Assembly (NCBI GenBank): GCA_963836235.1
Contig: CAWIIP010000004.1
Location: 704,001 to 768,000 of the forward strand
Origin: an uncultured Pseudomonadota bacterium
GTDB taxonomy: Bacteria > Oederibacteriota > Muellerivitia > Muellerivitales > Muellerivitaceae
Reading direction: 5' to 3'
Length of the DNA: 64,000 nt
Position numbers and translations under genes: made by a program. Below, piece by piece: positions 38,673 through 48,200 of this stretch. Numbering within the stretch: the first letter of the stretch is position 1; the number at the start of each line of letters is the position of its first letter. The notes beneath the pieces were generated by a model that did no database searches, was not told where the DNA came from, and saw only the letters and a program-made list of their open reading frames with translations.

Positions 38673-39977
38673 ATGAAAAAAAGTTCCGCGATTTTAAAAA
38701 ATTTTCTAGCTATTGTGATGATCTCGGTTTTGGTCCACTTTGCGGGTTGTGTGATGAAAAAAAATAATAGCGGTATTGTCCTGCGATGCATGGGATGGGG
38801 GGGGACGGAAGAGGCCGTCATTCTTCAAAAGGCGGTGGATGAGTTCAAAAAAGCCCATCCCGGCGTGGAAGTGGAGCTGGAACGGGCGCCTTACGCCGAA
38901 TATATCACCAAAGTATTGACCCAATTTTCGGGAGGCCTTGCCCCGGACGTGATGGCGGTGAATGCCGAACAAATGATAGCCTTCGCTTCCCGGGGAATAT
39001 TTACCGACTTAAAACCCTTTGTGGATAAAGATCCTTCCATAAAACTCACGGACTTTTACCCCGAGGCGATTGATCATTACACCGTGAACGGTGTCCTAAC
39101 CGCTTTGCCAAGGGACATCGCGCCTATCGCCGTCATTTATTACAACAAGAAAAAATTCGACGAGGCTGGCGTGCCTTACCCGAAGGATGACTGGGCCATG
39201 GATGATCTTTTGACCACTGCCCAGAAGCTTACCAAGAAAGATGCGACGGGGAAAATTACCCAATTCGGGTTCGTTGGAGCCGATAACTCCCCCGCTTGGG
39301 ATGCTTGGGTTTACGCTTGGGGCGGCGCGTTGGTGGATGACGAAAAAAAGCCCACTCGTTGCATGGTCGACAGCCCACAGGCCATCGCGGGGGTTCAATA
39401 CCTGGCTGATTTGGTCTCGAAATACCATGTCATGCCGAGTCTGGCAAACCTGACGTCGATGGGGAGCATGGGCAACTCGGATCTTTTCATGAACGGTACT
39501 GTCGCCATGTTTTATTCTGGCATCTGGCTGGTGCCCCAGTTCCGGCAAATAAAGAATTTTGATTGGGACGTGGTGGAATTCCCGAAGGGTCCCACGGGAC
39601 TTAGGTCTTTCCCCTTGAGCGCGGCGGGGTATGGAATTGTGAAGGGAACTAAAAACCCCGATTTGGCTTATGAGTTAGTGAAATATTTGGCAGGGGAAAC
39701 GGGGGAAAAGTTCATGACGGCGACGGGTTTGACACAGCCTGCCATAAAGTCGCTGGCCCAATCACCGGTCTTTTTGGACGGCCAGACGCCCAAGTCGAAA
39801 GGTTTCCTGGTGGATGCCGTGCGGTACGGTCATTTCCAACCGCTTGATCCCAATGTGGCCGAATGGATGGCGCGTATCGAATCGGAACTGGACAAGGTTT
39901 GGAGCGGGGAAGAAACCGCTTCCCAAGCCTTGAAGAAGGCCGCCGCAGAAGTAAACGGGAAGTTTTTTAAAAAATAG
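38673..39977 (+). CDS. carbohydrate ABC transporter substrate-binding lipoprotein (paralog of 12179-13471)
   Basis: RBS GGAGG; lipobox FAGC; P.DIAP...+YYNKK.FD.A.V.YP, FMNG..AM..SG+W, DVVEFPKGP.G. Confidence 0.9.
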   Translation: MKKSSAILKNFLAIVMISVLVHFAGCVMKKNNSGIVLRCMGWGGTEEAVILQKAVDEFKKAHPGVEVELERAPYAEYITKVLTQFSGGLAPDVMAVNAEQMIAFASRGIFTDLKPFVDKDPSIKLTDFYPEAIDHYTVNGVLTALPRDIAPIAVIYYNKKKFDEAGVPYPKDDWAMDDLLTTAQKLTKKDATGKITQFGFVGADNSPAWDAWVYAWGGALVDDEKKPTRCMVDSPQAIAGVQYLADLVSKYHVMPSLANLTSMGSMGNSDLFMNGTVAMFYSGIWLVPQFRQIKNFDWDVVEFPKGPTGLRSFPLSAAGYGIVKGTKNPDLAYELVKYLAGETGEKFMTATGLTQPAIKSLAQSPVFLDGQTPKSKGFLVDAVRYGHFQPLDPNVAEWMARIESELDKVWSGEETASQALKKAAAEVNGKFFKK

Positions 39978-40024
39978 TATTGGTTTTGGTCGTTCCTTGC
40001 CACCAAAAGATTTAAAGGTACTTC

Positions 40025-43000
40025 ATGATCCTTTTATTCAATGAACCTGACTTTCCAACCTTTGGCACTTTGCCCTTGCCCCTGGCATTGTTGAAAAAAT
40101 CCTTGGCATCAGCCGGGCCCGTTACAGTGGTGGGACTAGAAGGCCTCCGTGATTTAGACCCGCTAAAAGTCGATTTGGTGGTATTGCCCTATGGTTCTGC
40201 TTTTCCAAAAGACGCATGGGAGGGCCTTTATGGCTATTTCCTGAAAGGCGGGAATCTTCTGGCCCTGGGGGGAAGGCCCTTGGAAGTTCCGGTTCGAAAA
40301 GTCGGGAATAAATGGGAAGTGGAACCCACTCAGACCGCCTATTACCAAAGCTTAGGTATTGAGCAACTCAATAGGGTGCCTATTGCCAGGGTCAAGAAAC
40401 ACCAGGCTGTTCCAGGCGAGGAAAGCTTACAGGGGTTATCCTTCGGACCTATGGAATCCCATTCTTTGATGCCGCGTTTCACCGAGGCGGACGAGGAAAA
40501 CCGTACCGGCTCCACCGGGCCCATGGATGGGGAGTTAAAGCCCCTTCTGTGGGGATTGGACGATCGTGGCCGCAGGGTGTCCTGCCCGGCCGCCCTTATT
40601 GACCGCTACCAAGGCCGTTTCGCCGGAGGCCGTTGGGCTTTTTTAGCCGCCGATCTGCCCCGTTGGAGTGATTCGCTGGCCCAAATGATTTCCCGTTTGG
40701 CGTTGGCCTCCAAAGGCGGGTCCCTTCAAGTAACCTTGAGGCCAGGGTTGGCCTGTTACCAACCAGGATCACAGCCTGTCCTGAACCTTTGGGTAAGGGG
40801 ACATGAATTCCAGGACCGCAATCTCCAAGTGGATTATCAAGTCTTCCAAGAAAATGAAAAAGTTTATTCTCAAAGTCTTAAGGTAAGCGTGAAAAGAGCG
40901 TCTCACTACCAGACCATGTCTTTACCTATAACCGTAGAGCCAGGGCTGTATCGGATTGAAGCCCGTGTATCCGTGAACGGACGTTATTCCCATACGCTTC
41001 AGCAGGGTTTTTGGGGCTGGGACGGTAATTTATTAAAGAGTGCTCCGGTTATCACCGTCCAGGGCACCCGTTTTTTGAAGGATGGAAAGACTATTCCCGT
41101 CATCGGCACGACCTATATGGCGGGTGATGTTTCCCGCAAATTCATCACTATGCCCAATCCGATGGTGTGGGATGGGGATATGGCTGAAATGGAGGCATCG
41201 GGTATCAATATGGTACGGACCGGAGTCTGGGCCGCGCATCGGCAGGTGGCGCTAGACGCGGGCAACAGCCGGGAAGACGTACTTTGCTCCATGGACGCTT
41301 TTATCCTGACTAGCTTGAAACATGGCTTGGCGGTCACTTTTAATTTTTTCTCTTTTATCCCGGACATGTTTCCTTCCGACCACCCCTATCTGGACCCCCG
41401 GGCTCTTTCGCTCCAGCGTGAATATATGCTTTCTTTCATTCAGCGTTACGCTTCGATCCCTTCCGTCATGTGGGATTTCATTAATGAACCCTCGGTCACC
41501 AACCCCGAGGCGCTATGGAAAACCCGACCTCTGCCCGGCAAGTTGGAAAAGACGGCTTTCATTGAGTATTTGAAAAAGAAACATGGGGATATCGAAACCC
41601 TTCGCGTGCGCTGGAATATGACGCCGGAGGAACTTTGTTCCTGGGACCAGGTGGAACTTCCCAACGAAAACGACTTTGCCGAGCCATGGGCCCCCGGCAG
41701 TCATCTGGTGCGTTCGCCCCGGGCTTACGACTTTAACCGTTTCGGCCAGGAAATCTTTGCCAACTGGGTGAAGGGCCACGTGGCCGTTTTAAAGGAAGCT
41801 ACGAACCAACTTTTTTGCGTTGGCCAGGACGAGGGTGGGGTTTCCTCCAAGCGACCGAATAACCACCTTTTCCACGAGCCTCTCGACTTCGCCTGTAACC
41901 ATACCTGGTGGGAGATCGAGGATATGGTTACGGGCGTGACGGCGGCCCGGGTCAAGGGCAAGCCTTTCTTGGCCCAGGAAACGGGCATCATGTTTTCCGA
42001 TAACCTGAACCGAATGAAGCGGCGCACGGAAGAAGAAGCGGGCAAGCTCTTCGAACGAAAACTGGCCGCCAGTTTCATGGGTGGAGCAGGATTTATCCAA
42101 TGGTGTTGGAACATCAACCAGTTCATGAGTGATCGCAATGAGGTACATATCGGGGCTTACCGGGTAGATAAGACCGCAAGGCCTGAAGCCTTGGTGATGC
42201 AGGCTTTCGGCGAATTTTTTCAAAAAGCCACGCCCTATCTCCAAGAAGAACCGGAAGAGGCCACGGTGGCGGTGGTGGAATCCTTAACCGGCCTTCTTTC
42301 TTCCAAATCCCATACCCAGTCCGCCCAACGAATGGCCCATCGGGTTCTGGCGGCGCTTCGAATACCCGTTCACACATTGGCGGAACATGAATTTGACCGT
42401 CTGACAGGGGAGAAAACCATCCTCTTTCCCTCCGTCAAACGCCTTGGTGGACAAGCCATAAAGGGTTGGATGAAAGCCGCAAAAGGCAGGACCCTTTGGG
42501 TTTCGGGGCCGGTGGCCCAGGACGGTTGGGGGCTGGCTACCGAAGGTCTTTCCCCTTTTGGTGTTAGTGAAAAAAGGGTAGAAGTGTTGCCGGAAGAAGC
42601 ATTAGATATGAAATCCGTGAAATTGACTTTGAATTATGGAACGCATAAGACGGGCATCACGGATAAAGACGCATCTTTGCCTTCGCAACTTCATCGGATT
42701 AGTAAAAACGGATCGGTTCTTTATTACTCTCCTGTGCCGGTTGAAGCCAACGACCAACGTAGTAGCGTGGAGATTTTTTACCGATATTTATCGGCCGTTT
42801 CCAAGGTTAAGCCCTATTGTGAATTAAAGGGAGCCGGGTTTTTTGAAGTGACTGTTCTGCCCCGGCGTTTTTCCAAGACTTCGCTTTATATTGCCTTGAA
42901 TGAAAGTTCGGAAAATCAAATAGTTCAAATAAAAGATAATCGGTTTGGATTCAAGGCGGTTTTGAGGATTCCATCGGGACGGTCCGCAATGACGATATTT

Positions 43001-43048
43001 GATTCCAAGGGTAAAACTTTGGTGAGCTACTTGGGACCGGATTTCTAA
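40025..43048 (+). CDS. large clan GH-A glycoside hydrolase (GH42-like), no signal peptide
   Basis: GINMVRTG, acid/base WDFINEP, GH42-like LKKKHGDIETL..RWN, putative nucleophile KPFLAQETG, GFIQWCWN; extra N-terminal alpha/beta and Ig-like domains. Confidence 0.72.
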   Translation: MILLFNEPDFPTFGTLPLPLALLKKSLASAGPVTVVGLEGLRDLDPLKVDLVVLPYGSAFPKDAWEGLYGYFLKGGNLLALGGRPLEVPVRKVGNKWEVEPTQTAYYQSLGIEQLNRVPIARVKKHQAVPGEESLQGLSFGPMESHSLMPRFTEADEENRTGSTGPMDGELKPLLWGLDDRGRRVSCPAALIDRYQGRFAGGRWAFLAADLPRWSDSLAQMISRLALASKGGSLQVTLRPGLACYQPGSQPVLNLWVRGHEFQDRNLQVDYQVFQENEKVYSQSLKVSVKRASHYQTMSLPITVEPGLYRIEARVSVNGRYSHTLQQGFWGWDGNLLKSAPVITVQGTRFLKDGKTIPVIGTTYMAGDVSRKFITMPNPMVWDGDMAEMEASGINMVRTGVWAAHRQVALDAGNSREDVLCSMDAFILTSLKHGLAVTFNFFSFIPDMFPSDHPYLDPRALSLQREYMLSFIQRYASIPSVMWDFINEPSVTNPEALWKTRPLPGKLEKTAFIEYLKKKHGDIETLRVRWNMTPEELCSWDQVELPNENDFAEPWAPGSHLVRSPRAYDFNRFGQEIFANWVKGHVAVLKEATNQLFCVGQDEGGVSSKRPNNHLFHEPLDFACNHTWWEIEDMVTGVTAARVKGKPFLAQETGIMFSDNLNRMKRRTEEEAGKLFERKLAASFMGGAGFIQWCWNINQFMSDRNEVHIGAYRVDKTARPEALVMQAFGEFFQKATPYLQEEPEEATVAVVESLTGLLSSKSHTQSAQRMAHRVLAALRIPVHTLAEHEFDRLTGEKTILFPSVKRLGGQAIKGWMKAAKGRTLWVSGPVAQDGWGLATEGLSPFGVSEKRVEVLPEEALDMKSVKLTLNYGTHKTGITDKDASLPSQLHRISKNGSVLYYSPVPVEANDQRSSVEIFYRYLSAVSKVKPYCELKGAGFFEVTVLPRRFSKTSLYIALNESSENQIVQIKDNRFGFKAVLRIPSGRSAMTIFDSKGKTLVSYLGPDF

Positions 43049-43099
43049 ATTAGTGACAAAAAGCATTAAGCTTTTATCTTTTCTTTTTGGGGGTGTTTT

Positions 43100-45043
43100 G
43101 TGATTGGGAAATTTATGCTGGTGTTTTTGGCCGTTCTATCCATGGCTTCCATGGTTGACGCGAAGCTGAAGCTGCCCGCCTTGATTAGCGACCACATGAT
43201 TCTCCAAAGAGGGAAGCCGGTTGTCTGGGGTTGGTCGGATGCGGGCCAAACCATCACGGTTTCATTGGGCGGAAAAAGTGCCCAAGCGGTTGCCGATAGT
43301 GACGGTAAATGGAAGGCGGTTCTTTCAATCCCTAAGGCGGGTGGGCCCTATGACATGGTCATCCAAGGATCTGAGGCAGTTACGGTTTCAGATGTTTTAG
43401 TGGGCGACGTTTGGATCGGTTCCGGCCAGTCCAACATGGAGTTCGCTATGAAGACTTCTAGCGACGCGGATAAGGAAATCCCCCTAGCCGATATCCCCCA
43501 AATCCGTCTTTTCAAGTTGGAACACGCGGCTTCTTTCACGCCGCTGGAGGACGTCCAGGGCTCCTGGAGTCTTTGCGCGCCCGCTTCGATCCCCGACTTC
43601 TCGGCCGTGGCTTATTATTTCGGAAAGAATATCCATGAGGCACTCAAAATCCCGGTGGGTCTGGTGGAAAGTTGTTGGGCAGGGACAGCTGCCGAAGCTT
43701 GGACTCCTCGCCAGGCGTTGGATTCTGTTCCTGACTTGGCCCCCCTTTTGAAAGATTGGGACAACAACCAGGTTCAGATAAAGACTTGGACCCAAGGAAA
43801 TAATTTTGAATTGTGGCTGTCCGACATTAAGTTCATTCCCAAGGATCCCAAGGATAAAATCCTGGTGGTTTCGCCGGTCCAAGTGAAGGATGTATTGGGT
43901 GGTTCTTGGTTCACCTCTGCGAAGCCTGGCTCCCAGGCTGCTGTGACGGCAATCGGCAAGGCCTTTTCTGGAAATGGTTTGGCAGTTCATTTTACGGGAA
44001 TGATGCAGGGGGGCGGGTGGGGCGGGCTTGCCACCAACCTTGCGGCGGCTCCTATCGACTTGAGCCGTTATGAGACCGTGGAATTTTACGCCAAGGGATC
44101 GGGTCAATTCCGCCTAACCTTGGGACAGCCGTCCATCGCCGATTACGATTATTACGCCATGAAGGACTCCTTTGACGCTACGCCCGATTGGAAGTTAATG
44201 CATGTTGCCATTGCCGATTTGCAACAAGGGGGATGGGGGATACCCAAACCCTTTACGCCAGAATCGATAACCACCTTTAACTTTTCGGTCCAGGTTCCCT
44301 TTTGGCCGGATATTCCAGCGGTCGTTTACAACGGTATGGCCGCCCCCCTGACGCCCATGCGGATCAAGGGCGTTCTTTGGTACCAGGGGGAATCGAACAC
44401 GGGAAGGGCCACCCAATACCCATTAGTTTTGTCGGCATTAATTCAAAGCTGGCGTAAAGCCTGGAATGAGGGGAACTTTCCATTTGTTATCTTCCAACTT
44501 CCGAATTTTATGGCGGTCCAGTCTCAACCTTCCGAAAGCGGGTGGGCCGAACTCCGGGATGCCCAACTTCAAGTTTCGCAAACCGAACCCAAAACTGGTT
44601 TGGTGACTACCATCGATTTAGGGGAAGCGAACAACCTCCACCCGAAGGACAAAACTGACGTGGGTTACCGTGCTTCCTTATCGGTCTTGAGTCTCGCCTA
44701 TCACAAACCAGTCGTTGGATCGGGTCCTCTTTTTTATTCCGCCAAAGTCAAGGGCGGGAAAGTCATTTTAAGTTTTAAAAATATCGGGAAGGGCTTGGTG
44801 ACAAAGGATGGGGGGCCGGTGACCGGATTTGCCTTGGCGGGAGTTGACCAAAAATTTTATTGGGCGACCGCCCAAATCAAGGGTAAGTTGGTGGTTGTTT
44901 CATGCGACCAAGTTCCGCAGCCCCAAAAAATCCGTTATGCCTGGGCTGATAATCCCATCTGTAATCTTGCGAGTGAAGGCGGATTGACCGCTTCGCCTTT
45001 TAGGGCCGATATTCCAACGGTTTTACAAAAGGAAAAAAACTGA
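43100..45043 (+). CDS. SGNH sialate/carbohydrate O-acetylesterase with an inserted CBM11/CIA30-like domain
   Basis: LP.LISDHMILQR, VGDVWIGSGQSNME, FSAVAYYFG, YNGM..P, GVLWYQGESN, WAELRDAQ, LHPKDK..VG.R, RYAWADNP. Confidence 0.88.
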   Translation: MIGKFMLVFLAVLSMASMVDAKLKLPALISDHMILQRGKPVVWGWSDAGQTITVSLGGKSAQAVADSDGKWKAVLSIPKAGGPYDMVIQGSEAVTVSDVLVGDVWIGSGQSNMEFAMKTSSDADKEIPLADIPQIRLFKLEHAASFTPLEDVQGSWSLCAPASIPDFSAVAYYFGKNIHEALKIPVGLVESCWAGTAAEAWTPRQALDSVPDLAPLLKDWDNNQVQIKTWTQGNNFELWLSDIKFIPKDPKDKILVVSPVQVKDVLGGSWFTSAKPGSQAAVTAIGKAFSGNGLAVHFTGMMQGGGWGGLATNLAAAPIDLSRYETVEFYAKGSGQFRLTLGQPSIADYDYYAMKDSFDATPDWKLMHVAIADLQQGGWGIPKPFTPESITTFNFSVQVPFWPDIPAVVYNGMAAPLTPMRIKGVLWYQGESNTGRATQYPLVLSALIQSWRKAWNEGNFPFVIFQLPNFMAVQSQPSESGWAELRDAQLQVSQTEPKTGLVTTIDLGEANNLHPKDKTDVGYRASLSVLSLAYHKPVVGSGPLFYSAKVKGGKVILSFKNIGKGLVTKDGGPVTGFALAGVDQKFYWATAQIKGKLVVVSCDQVPQPQKIRYAWADNPICNLASEGGLTASPFRADIPTVLQKEKN

Positions 45044-45218
45044 AACTCAGCCGAAACATTCCAAGGTTTTTGCGATTAACTGAATTTCAATTCCTGGTTG
45101 TTCATTTTTACTTTTAAACAGACCTGCTATACACTTCAGTCATACCTCTTTAAAGTTTTCTGAAAATCATAGGTTTTGAATTTTCTGAAACCGGTTACAT
45201 AATTGAAATTGTTGGGGG

Positions 45219-48200
45219 TTGGAAAGTATTCGAACAATGATGAGAAGTTATCTTTTAAAACGATTTAAAGCTGAACGAGTCAGCCAAATAAACACCCGAC
45301 TCTTGTTCTTTTTCTCCCTCTTCATTTTTTCCCTCGTGGTTTTACCTTCTGTGGTTTTTTCCCAGTGCACACCTACGTCAGCCACCTTTTGCGGTGGGTT
45401 TGACGATTATGGCGTTGTTTGGATTAATGGGAATCAAATCGCCGTTTCCATGGGAGGCGTCGGCTATAACAGCGGCCAATCGGTGCCCTGCGTTACCGTA
45501 CCCGCAAGTGATTTGGTAGCCGGGACCAACGTCATTGCCGTCCAAGCCTATAATTCCGCCTGTTGCTACAATTGGGCTACCTGGTCCCTTGCCATTGGAA
45601 TGTCGAATGGTTCCACGGCCAACGTCACCAGTAGCAGCGGCAATGTTCAGATATATAACCAACCGACGGCCAGCGGCCCACCGCCGCCCAACAGCGGGGC
45701 AACTACGTGGTGGGCTCCCGGTTATGTCCCATCCGGATGGGCCGCACCGGTGACTGTTGTTTATCCCCCGGCTTTTTATCTTTTGCCCGCCCCCAATCCC
45801 ATTGGTGGCGGGCTTCTTCCACCGTTGGGCGCGGACCTAGACGGTGGGAACGGAACCAGCACTTCTGGAACTTTCAACGGACAAAATGCGAACGCTTCTA
45901 TTTATTACCTGCAGACGTTCAATATTTCGACCAGTTGCCCTACCGCGACTCCCGTGCCCGACCTTAGCATTACCAAATCTTTCTTGGGTACTGCCCCTTC
46001 GGATGTGGGCGCCAATACACCGGTCACTTACGTGGTGAAGACCTGCAATTCGGGTGGGCCCGTTTCGGGACCGGTCACCGTAGGGGACAGCCTTTTCAAT
46101 ACCTCCAGTGGTAATAACTTTTTTATGACAAATATTTGTTACAACGTCTGGCAACAAGACACGCCGAATTGCGGTTATGGATTCACGAACGCTCCCGATG
46201 GGCCCAATGCTTTTGGCTCTAGTTCAGCAATATCTTGGGCCTATCCTATCGGCTTCCCAGGTTATGGGTTTTGCGATTCCGTAACCATTACGGTTCAGAG
46301 CTATTCCGCGGGGTCGGCTTGCAGCATACTCAACAATGCCGTACTGACCGCAAACGGCATTGGTCCGATTACTTCCAACACTGTTAGTTTTAGTACCAGC
46401 AACAATCCATGTTCTCCAGTTCCGACCCTGACTCCGACTAATACTCCGACGTCCATACCTACCAATACCCCGACACCTACGAATACACCAACCAATACAC
46501 CGACCAGGACTCCAACCCCAACCCCGACTATTACCCCGACCAACACGCCGACACTCACGCCGACGAATACACCTACCCCTACTCGAACTAACACTCCGAC
46601 TAATACGCCAACTTTAACTCCCACAAACACCCCTACTCCAACACCTACGAATACGCCGACACTCACACCAACCAATACTCCCACTATGACTCCTACTAAT
46701 ATACCCACTAAAACTCCAACAAATACACCTACCAATACCCCTACTCCAACACCTACGAACACACCTACGAATACGCCTACCCGGACACCTACTCCGACTC
46801 TAACGAATACTCCGACCAACACCCAGGTTAATACCGTAACTAGCACCACGACTAACACGGTGACAGCTTCTGTGACTAACACCACTACTAAAACCACAAC
46901 AGCTACCACCACGAACACCGCCACCCATACTCCCACTCCAACGCCCACGAATACTCCTACTCCGACTCGGACTAACACTCCAACAAATACCTCTACGAAT
47001 ACGGCTACCAATACGATTACGATGACACCGACGAATACGGATATCATCACGCCGACATTTACGAGTACCCCAACAAACACGCCTACTTCGACGATTACAA
47101 ATACACCTACCCCTACTCGTACCAACACCGCAACGAACACCCCGACCAACACGGCCACGAATACCCCTACCAATACGTCGACACCTACGCCCACTAATAC
47201 AACCACGAACACACCCACCCGGACCCCGACACCGACTCCGTCAAATACACCCACCAATACCGCTACGAATACCCGGACTAACACTCCCACGAATACCCCG
47301 ACACCCACTACTACAAACACGCCCACAAACACACCTACGAATACGGCTACTCCGACGCCGACTAAAACTCTTACCAATACCCCTACGCTGACGCCGACGA
47401 ATACGCTGGCAAATAGCGCGACGAATACCCCGACCAATACCCCGACCAATACCCCGACCAGTACACCCACCAATACCGCTACTCCGACCTCCACGAGCAC
47501 ACCTACCAACACCAAGACCAATACCTCAACCAGTACGCCCACCAATACCGCTACTCCAACCTCCACAAGCACACCCACCAACACCAAGACCAATACACCG
47601 ACAAGTACTCCGACACTTACGGCCACCAACACTCCGACGAATACTTCCACGAATAGTCCAACCAATACCCCTACGCTGACGCCGACGAATACGCTGGCGA
47701 ATACCGCGACGAATACTCCGACTAACACCTCAACCAGTACACCCACCAATACCGCTACTCCGACCTCCACGACCAGTCCTACAAATACTCCTACACTGAC
47801 GCCTACCAATACGCTGGCGAATACCGCAACCAATACGCCCACCAACACCGAAACTTCGACTTTTACTAATACTCCTACGAATACAGTCACGGCGACTGCC
47901 ACGAATACCGCTACCAATAGCGCGACCCACACCCCGACTAGTACCTTTACTTCCACCGTGACGTCCACGGCAACATCCACTCCCACGAATAGTCATACGT
48001 CCACGCCTACCTTCAGCCCCACGAACAGCGCTACTTCCACACTGACCGCGACCTTTACTTCCACCCCCACGCCGCCGGCGGAAGTGACCCTGAATAAAAC
48101 CGTTTCATCTACTTCGGTGCAGGATGGAGGTGCCTTGACCTATAGCCTGAACCTTATGGTTACTGGGAGTAGCACTTCAGGGGTGGTAGTGACGGACACT

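Noticed and set aside
46301-47986. Long Val/Gly-rich minus-strand ORFs (also 53083-54963, 19491-20210, and plus-strand 26414-26770, 28128-28496)
   Set aside because: Antisense shadows of Thr-Pro-Asn repeat codons, which contain no reverse-strand stops; no RBS or domain content.
46420-48060. Periodic short repeats resembling a CRISPR array or VNTR
   Set aside because: Degenerate 6/12-nt coding repeats varying at synonymous sites; no constant repeat with unique spacers and no cas genes.
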